Source: Candidatus Micrarchaeota archaeon (lineage in GTDB: Archaea > Iainarchaeota > Iainarchaeia > Iainarchaeales > JAGVWC01). Taken from it: DNA of 64,000 nucleotides. Positions 39,410-47,763 of the stretch are shown piece after piece. Below the pieces are notes generated by a model that was given only the letters and a program-made list of their open reading frames with translations, was not told where the DNA came from and searched no databases. Each line of letters opens with the position of its first letter. The stretch's first letter is position 1. The DNA lies in the NCBI GenBank assembly GCA_043803815.1, contig JAZDJR010000029.1, positions 11,632 to 75,631 of the forward strand, in the 5' to 3' direction. The position numbers and the translations under genes are program-made.

Positions 39410-40795
39410 TTACATCTCAAGTGTTTGTAAAGCTATTTTTCCAATTATTTCTGTTAAAGCGTCTTCGAATTCCCGTGATACATCGGATGTCCCGCTTGTG
39501 GCGTGGGTTGCTTCGTGCAATAGCACGCCCGCGTATGTTTGCAGGTCTTTTAGTTGGTCGCGTTGGATTATTATGTTTGGGTAGTCCCATAGTCCGGCTG
39601 GTTGGAATCCGTTTGCTTCCAGCCGCATGGTTTCGGTTATTAGGATTTTTTTTACGCTAGCGGGTTTTCCGCCGATTAGGTCAAGTAATTGCTTCGTTTT
39701 TGAAAATATTTCTTGTTCTTTTTGGTTAAGTTGTTTTTCGTCGATGAATTTGAATTCGAAGCTTTCGTTGAAGTTTTGGACATATTGGCCCAGATCAATC
39801 ATTGGGTTGCCTTGGATGTCCTTGACTCCTTGAATTTTTTCTTTAACATTGTCCGGTATCACAATTACCTTGTAACCGTCTTTTTTTGCTTGGTCGATTA
39901 GTTCTTTTTTTTCAATGAGTTCGAACGAGGTTGCGAATACAACTTTTTCAAAGCTGTTAAGCAGTTTGCAGGCGTGGACGGAAACTTCAACTCTGCTTAC
40001 TTCATCGTGCATTTCCCCTGCTCCGAACTGTTGGAGGTCTTTGACCAACTGTTCCGCGACGGGCTTGGTTTGGGATTGTAGCAGTATTTCCATGATGCGG
40101 TCGGAATAAGCGGTGCGGCCTACGTTTGAGCGTTCTCGGTTTAATGCTTTTCGCAATTTTGCAGTCATTGATGTAATATTGTATGAAAAAAGGTAATTTT
40201 CTTCAGTCGCTACTTTGAGGCCCGTAATGTAAATGATTGCTTGTTTGTCTGTTTTTTCGTAAATTTCGCCTAGTTTTGTTTTTTCGAGGATTTTGGATTG
40301 GGAAAATTTGAGAAAATTGCTTTTGGCAGCATCCATGTCTTTTTTACTGCAGCCTTTTAGGATGATTTCTGTTCCTTGAAAGTTTTTGTCAGCGCTGGAT
40401 TCGTCGATGATAGCATGGAGTGTTTTGACGTCTTTAAACCCGTGTTTTTCGAATTTTTGCGTTGTGATGCTTCCATGGCGGGAAATGATTTTGATTTGGA
40501 TTCCATAGCGGTCAAATGTTGCAAATGCATCTTTGAGGCCGACTCCGAATTTACCGATGACTTTTTCCGGGTTATTTAGCTTTTCTTGGTTTTCGTTTTG
40601 GGTTAAGTGTTTGTAATGAACGCCGCGTCCATAGTCTCGGATATGCCAACCGTCTTTGTTTTCAAAGATGTCGATTTCTTTAGTATTGGATAGTATTTGT
40701 TCATCCATAGCGTTGGAAATGACTTCTCGTATTCCGTCAGCTACGGTCCAGTTTTCAAGGACCTTTTCAATGTTTAAATCGAATTTATTTTCCAT
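39410..40795 (-). CDS. GHKL-family ATPase with C-terminal HExxH domain
   Basis: REVISNAMD, IRDYGRG, IGKFGVGLK, GT boxes; LLHEATHA. Confidence 0.85.
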   Translation of the reverse strand: MENKFDLNIEKVLENWTVADGIREVISNAMDEQILSNTKEIDIFENKDGWHIRDYGRGVHYKHLTQNENQEKLNNPEKVIGKFGVGLKDAFATFDRYGIQIKIISRHGSITTQKFEKHGFKDVKTLHAIIDESSADKNFQGTEIILKGCSKKDMDAAKSNFLKFSQSKILEKTKLGEIYEKTDKQAIIYITGLKVATEENYLFSYNITSMTAKLRKALNRERSNVGRTAYSDRIMEILLQSQTKPVAEQLVKDLQQFGAGEMHDEVSRVEVSVHACKLLNSFEKVVFATSFELIEKKELIDQAKKDGYKVIVIPDNVKEKIQGVKDIQGNPMIDLGQYVQNFNESFEFKFIDEKQLNQKEQEIFSKTKQLLDLIGGKPASVKKILITETMRLEANGFQPAGLWDYPNIIIQRDQLKDLQTYAGVLLHEATHATSGTSDVSREFEDALTEIIGKIALQTLEM

Positions 40796-40806
40796 GGGGT
40801 GTCTCG

Positions 40807-41400
40807 CTATAATCGTGCTATTTTTCCGGCATCGGTTAATTTGTGTCCGTTTTCGGTTTCCTCGATGAATCCTTTGTCTTTGAGTTCTTTGATTGCGCGG
40901 TAGACCATGGCGGGGCTCAATTTAGTCTCGTCTGCGAGTTTGGCGATTTGGGTGGAATCTTCGATTCGTTCCAATACCTTTTGTTGGCTGTCGGTCAAGT
41001 CGAATGATAATATGGGGATTGTAATTATTTCATTTTTTTCTTCGGTCACGTATATTATTTTTTTTATTTTTGTACTTCGTTGATAGCCGGCAAAAAGGAC
41101 TCCAAAGCTTTGAGTGCGGCGACCGGTTGATACATTTAGGTAAATTTCGTCCCCGTTCGGAACCATATCAATCATATCTGTTACCGCGTGTGCAACGGAA
41201 ACGATTTCGTATACGGGTACTTTTTTTTCTTTTATTTCGATTATTTTTTCATAGTGTTCTTTAATTGTTTTTATTGCGGCTTGCTGTTTGTCGTCGGTTT
41301 CAGTGCTTGAGAGCAGGTAAACCCGATCAATGGAAAAGCGATTGATGGCCAAAACAATTGAATCAGTCCGGTATACGGGAGTAATTAGCACTCTTGCCAT
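40807..41400 (-). CDS. CARF (Csa3-like) + winged-HTH transcriptional regulator
   Basis: IDRVYLL, IYLNVSTGRR CARF motifs; KLADETKLSPAMVYRAIKELKDKG..LTDAGK. Confidence 0.8.
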   Translation of the reverse strand: MARVLITPVYRTDSIVLAINRFSIDRVYLLSSTETDDKQQAAIKTIKEHYEKIIEIKEKKVPVYEIVSVAHAVTDMIDMVPNGDEIYLNVSTGRRTQSFGVLFAGYQRSTKIKKIIYVTEEKNEIITIPILSFDLTDSQQKVLERIEDSTQIAKLADETKLSPAMVYRAIKELKDKGFIEETENGHKLTDAGKIARL

Positions 41401-41444
41401 GATGAACTAGTAACTGTAACCGTTTATAAATATTTGGAATTGTA

Positions 41445-41475
41445 TACTGAAAAAGAGGTTTTCTACTGAAAAAGA
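41445..41475. promoter_or_regulatory. 12-bp direct repeat in the divergent promoter region (candidate operator)
   Basis: tactgaaaaaga at 41445-41456 and 41464-41475. Confidence 0.5.
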
Positions 41476-41529
41476 TACTTTTTTAATGATTTTGATACTC
41501 CTTCTTGCTAAAATCAAGGGGTTGAATGG

Positions 41530-41805
41530 ATGAGCACCTATAGTAGAGGTATTGCAGCGGAAAATAAAATCAAAGCAAAGCTTCAGAATAAAGGCTGGCT
41601 GGTGCGCCAATCGCCTGGGAGCAGGGGTCCGTTTGACCTTTATGCCTTGAAAGGTGGACGTAAAATGCTGGTCCAGGTTAAGTCTGGGACAGCCCATTTG
41701 ACTACTCAAGGTCGTTCGGATTTACGTTGGGTAGCCAAAAGAAAAGGGGCCACGGCGGTAAGCATGCACGTGCGGGGTCGACAAATCCGTTCAAGGTTTG
41801 TTTAA
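41530..41805 (+). CDS. Hjc-like small PD-(D/E)XK nuclease
   Basis: RGIAAE..L..GWLV.QSPGS.GPFDLYA..LVQVKS. Confidence 0.8.
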   Translation: MSTYSRGIAAENKIKAKLQNKGWLVRQSPGSRGPFDLYALKGGRKMLVQVKSGTAHLTTQGRSDLRWVAKRKGATAVSMHVRGRQIRSRFV

Positions 41806-41818
41806 GTGGTGATATTAA

Positions 41819-42202
41819 ATGCCAAATCGAAATGAGCATATTGTCCTTGGTTGCCTTCTTGCTGGCGGCGCTTATTTGCTATTTAAACGAGTTGTTAATG
41901 AAAAACCGACTTGGGGCGGATTGATAACCTCGGTGGCTGCCGGTGGTGCAATTGGACTTCTTCCAGACTTATTAGAGCCTGCTACTAACCCAACTCACAG
42001 AAATTTTTTTCATAGCGCTCTTGCTCTTGGAACCGGGACGTATGGCACTTATAAAGTTCTTCAAAACCCGCTCTTAAATCAAAATCAAAAGCAGTTTCTC
42101 TTGGCATTGTTTGCGGGATATGCCAGTCATTTACTAGCTGATGCAACAACCGCGCGCAGTATTCCACTCCTTGGAGTTGGTGAAGGATATGGGGAATACT
42201 AG
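41819..42202 (+). CDS. YdjM-like membrane metal-dependent hydrolase
   Basis: H..LPD..HRNFFHS..SHLLAD..IPL motifs with TM helices. Confidence 0.85.
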   Translation: MPNRNEHIVLGCLLAGGAYLLFKRVVNEKPTWGGLITSVAAGGAIGLLPDLLEPATNPTHRNFFHSALALGTGTYGTYKVLQNPLLNQNQKQFLLALFAGYASHLLADATTARSIPLLGVGEGYGEY

Positions 42203-42665
42203 TCGCGGAGAGTCCCGAAGCGGGAGTTCGTATAGTCGAACAAGTGGCTTTGGCTTGTCAGGACAAACAATTGCCATTACTCGAAGAACACTTAAAAATG
42301 AAACGCCTACCGAAGCGGGGACTTTTGTTGCAGGCGTAATTCTCCAGGGAACCGGAATTGACCTTCTTTTATCAGTTTATCAGGCCGTGGTTTATTCTTA
42401 TGATAAATACCAAAAGTTCGAAAATCGGTCCTGGGTAGTTGGGGAAGAACAAGCGCTTCAAGAGATTTCAGTCGAAGTTGGAAAAGATGCCTTAAAAAGC
42501 ACAGTAAAAAAAATGGCTTCTCAAGCTATCGTTAATGCGGTTGTAACTGAGTTGGAGGAAAAAAAGATTATTCCGCCTGAATTGAAAAACCGGACAGAAG
42601 AAATAGTCGATGACCTCATTGATTTGGGCATTGATAAATTGGAGAAACAATTTTTAGAGGAGTGA
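42189..42665 (+). CDS. Hypothetical protein with Gly/Ser-rich N-terminus (possible QatB-like partner)
   Basis: Likely start MGNTSRGESRSGSS after ggtgaagga; overlaps the upstream stop. Confidence 0.65.
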   Translation: MGNTSRGESRSGSSYSRTSGFGLSGQTIAITRRTLKNETPTEAGTFVAGVILQGTGIDLLLSVYQAVVYSYDKYQKFENRSWVVGEEQALQEISVEVGKDALKSTVKKMASQAIVNAVVTELEEKKIIPPELKNRTEEIVDDLIDLGIDKLEKQFLEE

Positions 42666-42669
42666 AAAA

Positions 42670-42954
42670 ATGGGTCAAATAAACACGGATGATTTATTGT
42701 TCAAGGCCACGTATGCCACTCTTATCAAACAAGCGCAGCATATGTTGAACACTAAAGAGTTTGCTGAACGATTCAAGCTAAAAACCCGTGAAGAAAAAAT
42801 TGAAATAAAAAAGAAAATGCTTGAAAAGCTAAAAGGGTACGCCGTTGAAATCGTGCAACAGTTGCCTGAAAATGTTGAAGGGGGCCAGGATATCCAAAAG
42901 CTGAAGCCAAAGCTGATAAAAATAATGCAAGGGTGTCTTGATGGCCAAGCTTGA
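42670..42954 (+). CDS. Small helical hypothetical protein
   Basis: 94 aa starting MGQ after gaggag; overlaps the QueC-like start. Confidence 0.7.
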   Translation: MGQINTDDLLFKATYATLIKQAQHMLNTKEFAERFKLKTREEKIEIKKKMLEKLKGYAVEIVQQLPENVEGGQDIQKLKPKLIKIMQGCLDGQA

Positions 42955-44155
42955 ACACTATTTTACCCGTTTTTCGGAGATAAGCAAGTTTTACAAAGAA
43001 AGGAAAGGAAAATACGCGGCTGAAAAAGTTATTCCGCCGAGGCAACGGGACCTCACTAAATTTGTAGAAAGGGTAAACTTTCTGGAAAGGGACGATTTTC
43101 AAAATGAAATGGAATTTGAGTGTATTGATTATGATTTTTGGGAAAAACAAAAACCATTACTAAAGAGCTTAATTGAAGATATTGTTGAACGGCCCGTCGA
43201 GTTAAACCTTAAAAAAATCCAAGATCCTTTTAAAAAATCAAAATGGGGCGTCCAACCTGCCGGAAAAGCACCCCTCGTTCTTTTTTCCGGCGGACTGGAC
43301 AGCTTTCTTTCAGCGTATGAAAATCCAAACGCAGTCCTGGTGCATGTAAATATTGCCAAGGGAATGCACCCGTATGCAAAAAAATCAAGAGAATTTTTAC
43401 CTTTAACCCAACCCTACTTTGAGATATCATTTACAGCTTACAAGCCGCCAGCAAAGGCGGGCGGTGTGTCCAGTTGTCGCGGTCTAACCTTCATCTGCCT
43501 AACTTCACTGCTAATTCCTGCATTTAATGCCGACCGAATAATAATCGGGGAAAATGGAATCCTAATCCATAACCCGCCGTTATTCGAAGGCGCCAAAATG
43601 ACACGAGGGCTGCGTCCAACAATTACCTCAAAAATTGAACAACTGCTTTGCCAAGTCTATGAAAAAAAGATTAATTTGGAGTTTCCTAATAACAGCCTCA
43701 CAAAAACCCAAGTAATCGAAAAAATCATGAAAACCCCCCCTTGGCCAGAAATACTGCCAAAAACAAGCTCCTGCTTTCATCAGCAACCGCATAGGGGAAT
43801 AAAGAAAAAAATTCCCATGTGTGGCGTATGTTACGCCTGTATTGTTCGTCAACTCGGAACCCTTGCGCTCGGAGTAGACGAGTCAAAAAACTATTTAAAA
43901 AATCCTTTCAAAGAATGGGATTCAAAAGGAAACGGGCTAATGTTTGTGATTGACTTATGCCGCCTAATTAAACTCTACAAAAAAGGGCTGCTTTCAGTAA
44001 ACCAAGCCAATATCATCCTGCAGAACAAGGCTCTTTTTGAGCGCTATTTTGACGAAGTCCTTAAGGGTCTCAAGGAGGCACAAGCGCGAAAACTAACAGG
44101 AGACTTCGTTGATAATGAAATTGCAGAACTTGCGAAGCTTAGTCCTTTCTGCTGA
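42941..44155 (+). CDS. QueC-like PP-loop enzyme (QatC/Cap9-like)
   Basis: LFSGGLDS, IGENG, TK, TSSC..CGVCYAC zinc site; ~400 aa, longer than canonical QueC. Confidence 0.85.
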   Translation: MAKLEHYFTRFSEISKFYKERKGKYAAEKVIPPRQRDLTKFVERVNFLERDDFQNEMEFECIDYDFWEKQKPLLKSLIEDIVERPVELNLKKIQDPFKKSKWGVQPAGKAPLVLFSGGLDSFLSAYENPNAVLVHVNIAKGMHPYAKKSREFLPLTQPYFEISFTAYKPPAKAGGVSSCRGLTFICLTSLLIPAFNADRIIIGENGILIHNPPLFEGAKMTRGLRPTITSKIEQLLCQVYEKKINLEFPNNSLTKTQVIEKIMKTPPWPEILPKTSSCFHQQPHRGIKKKIPMCGVCYACIVRQLGTLALGVDESKNYLKNPFKEWDSKGNGLMFVIDLCRLIKLYKKGLLSVNQANIILQNKALFERYFDEVLKGLKEAQARKLTGDFVDNEIAELAKLSPFC

Positions 44156-44203
44156 ATTTTTTCACTGTTTTGGTTTAAAGCCTATTTTTGGGGTTTGTTT
44201 TGT

Positions 44204-44422
44204 ATGCAGACTGTTTTGCAGTGGGGAAAGAAGCGTTCTTTGGATTCTCGTCAGGCCGAGGTAGTGGTTCCTTTTTCGTATTATTTGGAGCAGTTTGGCG
44301 AGTGGAAGGAGCTGCGCGGGGACCCGGGGCGGAATGCGGAGCGGTTGAAGCATTTTGAGTCCTTGCACGGAAAGGCGTTTATTGAATCTTTGTTTTTGTT
44401 TGAGAAAGTGGTGGGTGACTAA
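44204..44422 (+). CDS. Small hypothetical protein
   Basis: 72 aa; 1-bp gap to the next ORF. Confidence 0.5.
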   Translation: MQTVLQWGKKRSLDSRQAEVVVPFSYYLEQFGEWKELRGDPGRNAERLKHFESLHGKAFIESLFLFEKVVGD

Positions 44423-44423
44423 A

Positions 44424-44579
44424 ATGCGGGATTTGGATAAAGTGGGTTTTAATTCGAATTCGCCGCTGCGGAACTACATTAAGCTGTCCGAGCGGATTGA
44501 TGAATTGAATGATAAGATTCGGGAATTGGAGCAGTTGACGTTGGATGCTGTTGTCCGATTGAATGAGCGTAAACAGTGA
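44424..44579 (+). CDS. Small coiled-coil protein
   Basis: 51 aa after ggtga RBS. Confidence 0.5.
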   Translation: MRDLDKVGFNSNSPLRNYIKLSERIDELNDKIRELEQLTLDAVVRLNERKQ

Positions 44580-44761
44580 ATAAAGCCGTTTTTGTCCTAT
44601 TTAATAGGGGTCTTTTTGGCTTGTTGGGCCTGTCGTTAACGGTTGACGCGTTAACGCGCTATTTGGGAAAGTTTTAAATCGGTGCGTAGGAATAGTATGT
44701 TAGAACCTTTTCTGACCCATAGGGACTGGTTTGCTGTGGCGAAAGCCCAGAAGTAGTATTT

Positions 44762-46120
44762 TTATTTTTTATTTTTTTGTTTGATTGTTTTTTTGGGCGG
44801 GGTTTTCCAGTAGCCGCCTTTGTCTGGGCCAATTCTTTTGAGACTGCCTTGTTTTTTTAGGTTATTGATTTGCCATTCTATTCCTTTGGGGCTTATTCCT
44901 GTTTTTTTTGCCAGTTCATCGGTCGTTATTCTTGGCTGTTCGATTATTAGGTCCACTATTTTCTCCCTAGTTTTCTCCCTAGTTTTCTCCCTAGTTTTCT
45001 CTTTGGGGTTTTCTTTGATTTTTGGTCTTTGAAAGGTCACGGTAAAAAATGTGGTGAATTCGAATTTTGGTTCTGGCAGTCCCGCTTCTTGCATTGCTTT
45101 TCGTATTCGGGCGATGCCGGAGCCGGCGTGTTCGACTAGATTGCTTTGTTGCAATAGTCCGAATAGGAGCGGGTTTCGGGATAGGCTTCTTTTTCCGAAG
45201 TCGCTTTGTTTGATGATGAGGCCGCCGGGATTTGATATTTCGACGCGGTTGTCGAAAACGTCTATTTGGGTTACGGCTCCTTTTTCGCTGTAGTCGCGGT
45301 GGCAGAGCGCGTTGATAATGGCTTCTTTGAGGGCTTCTTCGGGAATTTCGAGTATTTCTTTTCGGGGTCCAAATCCCTTTATTTCGTAGCGAAGTTTTAG
45401 GGTTCGGTACAAAAACTTGGATGTTTCGTTGTAATTGGAAACCGTGTCGTTTTTGAAGTCTTTTTTGTCAATGATGAGTGCTTTGTCGGTTCCTTTGTAG
45501 GTAATGCAGGTGATGATGCTTTGGGGGATGAACTTGGAAGGGTTTTTTCCAAAGAAAAGGATGGCTGCGTTTTTGAATTGGTTTTTTTGGTTTGTCAAAC
45601 CCAAATTGTAGAATAGGTCTTTTTTTGGAATGGTTTTGGATATGCCAGCTTTTTTTAAAAACTCGTTGAATCGCTTTGTGTCAAAATCCTTCAAGGCAAA
45701 ATCGGGGTTTATCATTTCTTCATACAGTATTTTTCCCTGTCGGTTAAAAAGTTCCCGTATTTCTTCGACTTCAAGTTTTTGGGAAGTGGAACCAATTCGC
45801 AAATAGAATCCTTGCGTGCAACGGTGCGGTTTTCGGTCGCTTTCCGGGACTGTGATAATAAGGACTTTTTTGAATTCTGAAATCTTGATGGAAATTGGCG
45901 GGTCGCAACTTCGAGCAATACTGTGGGCATCGGCCTTCAACCGGTTGGTAATATTGATTCCTTTGATTTTGTTGTCATCACTTACTCCGACCAGAATATC
46001 GCCGCCTTCGGCATTGGCAAAAGCCACGAGGTCTTTTTCAATTCCGTTCAGGTTTTCCTTGAACTCGCTTCGATAATCCTCGCCCTTTTTCAGGATAAAA
46101 TCAAAGGTCTTTTTTTCCAT
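44762..46120 (-). CDS. AlbA_2/Schlafen-like domain + RecG-C-like ATPase domain + HTH protein
   Basis: GE..EFK..LVAFANAEGG.I.VGV.D, EAIINALCHRDYS, RNP, GSGI.R, C-terminal RIGPDKGGYW. Confidence 0.88.
   Translation of the reverse strand: MEKKTFDFILKKGEDYRSEFKENLNGIEKDLVAFANAEGGDILVGVSDDNKIKGINITNRLKADAHSIARSCDPPISIKISEFKKVLIITVPESDRKPHRCTQGFYLRIGSTSQKLEVEEIRELFNRQGKILYEEMINPDFALKDFDTKRFNEFLKKAGISKTIPKKDLFYNLGLTNQKNQFKNAAILFFGKNPSKFIPQSIITCITYKGTDKALIIDKKDFKNDTVSNYNETSKFLYRTLKLRYEIKGFGPRKEILEIPEEALKEAIINALCHRDYSEKGAVTQIDVFDNRVEISNPGGLIIKQSDFGKRSLSRNPLLFGLLQQSNLVEHAGSGIARIRKAMQEAGLPEPKFEFTTFFTVTFQRPKIKENPKEKTREKTREKTREKIVDLIIEQPRITTDELAKKTGISPKGIEWQINNLKKQGSLKRIGPDKGGYWKTPPKKTIKQKNKK
44959..45001. 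repeat. In-frame 12-bp tandem repeat (EKTR x3.6)
   Basis: ttttctccctag three times plus a partial copy. Confidence 0.9.
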
Positions 46121-46160
46121 ACAAAATCAACTGTCCAAAAACCATTATGCCCGCTTGGCT

Positions 46161-46286
46161 TTAAAAACGCTTTTCCAGCAACACCTTGATTTCTGCCAAT
46201 AGCTTGTTTTGCTGGGCAAGCAGGCGGTTGGTTTCTGCTACCTCGTTTTTTGTTTTGACGAGTTGGATTACTTCTCCGAAACCCAT
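46161..46286 (-). CDS. 41-aa coiled-coil microprotein directly after the integrase (not in ORF track)
   Basis: gaggtgg RBS in the integrase tail; MGFGEVIQLVKTKNEVAETNRLLAQQNKLLAEIKVLLEKRF. Confidence 0.55.
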   Translation of the reverse strand: MGFGEVIQLVKTKNEVAETNRLLAQQNKLLAEIKVLLEKRF

Positions 46287-46287
46287 T

Positions 46288-47487
46288 TCAAACCACCTCT
46301 TTTTTCAGTTGCGTGGCTTGGGTAATGGCTTCTTGGATGATGTTGGGGTTGGTTTTAGCCATTTCAAGCAATTTCATTACTGCGACCATGGCTTCTTGGT
46401 CTTTTTGGCGCGTCATTTCCACTGAATTGATAGCCTGGGGGGTCAACGGTAGCCAGCATTGTTTACAGTATTGGCTGTTTACGTCGTTGGGTGTTTTGCA
46501 GCGGGGACAGTTTTGTTGTAGTAAAATGATTTCTTTTTTTTCGGGTTTTTTTAAACCGTTTAGCTCCAAAATTGCGTTGTCGACTTGTTTTCCGGACAGG
46601 TGGACGTAGCGTGAGGCCATGTCGCTTCCTTGGGTCCAGCCGAAGTATTCTTTCATTTGGGCTTCAGTCAGGAATTGCGCCATGTAGGTTGCGCGTGAGT
46701 GTCGGAAGTGGTGGGGGTTGACTGGTTTTTTTATTCCCGCGCGTTTGGCGGCGCCGCGGATTACTTTGATGATGTAGGCGTAGACGACTTGCTGGGTTTT
46801 TTTTCGGGTAAGCGTTACCCACAAGGGCGCGTTGGGGTCGTGGTTTTGGGGGTGCTCATTTATCCATTCCAATAAATAGGGTGCGCTGGATACTAGTCGG
46901 ATGCGGCGCATTCCGGTTTTGCCGTCGACCATTACTTGACACCCGAATTCGTCGAATTGCACGTTTTTGAGTTGTAGGCCTCCAATCTCTCCTATTCGGG
47001 CCCCGGATTCCCAGATGCACGAGATAAGTGCTTTGTCGCGTTTGGTGTGTGTGTTTTGGAGCAGGGTTTTTACTTCTTCTTGGTTTAATAGGTCGTCCGG
47101 CAGTCGTTTGTATTTGGATTTGGAACCGCTTTTTATCCAGGCCACGCATTCGGGGTAGGTTCCTTTGTTGAACCACTTGTAAAACACTTTTAGGGTGGCT
47201 CGAAAAGTGGCAATGGATTCTTCGGCATAGTCGCTGGTTTTCATCCAGACCAAGAAGGTTTCCACGTCTTTGGCGGTAATCGTGTCAAAGGGTTTGGGGA
47301 TTTTTTGGCTGAAAAGGCGCAAACAGGATGCTATGCGTAGGATTCGGGGGGTTGAAATGCCGTTTACGGTTTCAAAGTTGTGGAAATCCGTCATCCATTG
47401 CTTGTTTTGGCTTGGAATGTCGGCTTTTTCAATTCGTTCCTGTTCCTTGACTAGGTAGTGGTCGTAGTCGTGTAGGTATTTTCTCAT
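46288..47487 (-). CDS. Tyrosine recombinase/integrase with C-terminal zinc ribbon
   Basis: SGARIGE, GKTG.R, HHFRHSRAT, FGW..SRYVH, CPRC..CKQC; start placed at ATG 47487. Confidence 0.95.
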   Translation of the reverse strand: MRKYLHDYDHYLVKEQERIEKADIPSQNKQWMTDFHNFETVNGISTPRILRIASCLRLFSQKIPKPFDTITAKDVETFLVWMKTSDYAEESIATFRATLKVFYKWFNKGTYPECVAWIKSGSKSKYKRLPDDLLNQEEVKTLLQNTHTKRDKALISCIWESGARIGEIGGLQLKNVQFDEFGCQVMVDGKTGMRRIRLVSSAPYLLEWINEHPQNHDPNAPLWVTLTRKKTQQVVYAYIIKVIRGAAKRAGIKKPVNPHHFRHSRATYMAQFLTEAQMKEYFGWTQGSDMASRYVHLSGKQVDNAILELNGLKKPEKKEIILLQQNCPRCKTPNDVNSQYCKQCWLPLTPQAINSVEMTRQKDQEAMVAVMKLLEMAKTNPNIIQEAITQATQLKKEVV

Positions 47488-47554
47488 CAAATCACGTCTC
47501 CTTTTACCCAACCGAAAACCAATTAAAAGAGACGGATTCAAACAATTTGGTAAT

Positions 47555-47658
47555 TGCAGGCGGGCAGATTCGAACTGCCGAAAGCCACTAAGGCACAAGC
47601 CCATTGACCGTTGATACGGGCCTCAAGCTTGCGAAATTGACCGCTATTCGACGCCTGC
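47555..47658 (-). tRNA. tRNA-Leu(GAG) with 19-nt intron (47602-47620); integration target
   Basis: Acceptor gcaggcg/cgcctgc, anticodon stem caagc/gcttg, long variable arm, canonical BHB (TTGA/TCAA central helix). Confidence 0.93.
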
Positions 47659-47763
47659 ACTATTGTAAAAGGGTTCAATAGTCCTTTTAAAATCTGTTCT
47701 CCCTGCTTGCCGATTCTTGCCGAATTTAATAGTACTGCTTGCGCACTAAAAAAAATAATGATA

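Larger units (their letters stand above)
17771..47570. mobile_element. ~29.8 kb integrative (ICE-like) element in tRNA-Leu(GAG)
   Basis: Perfect 18-bp direct repeat attgcaggcgggcagatt at 17771-17788 and 47553-47570 (tRNA 3' end); integrase next to the tRNA; T4SS-like genes. Confidence 0.92.

Noticed and set aside
42941-44155. Housekeeping queuosine/archaeosine biosynthesis or a Dpd DNA-modification cluster
   Set aside because: No other pathway genes are nearby, the protein is enlarged, and it lies in a mobile element. Not fully excluded without a phylogeny.
44959-45001. 12-bp tandem repeat as a phase-variation switch
   Set aside because: The unit is in frame, and such linker repeats are common in this protein family.
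47488-47604. Integrase ORF extension into the tRNA, suggesting an SSV-type split integrase
   Set aside because: An ATG at 47487 gives a complete 399-aa integrase, and I saw no integrase fragment at the distal att.
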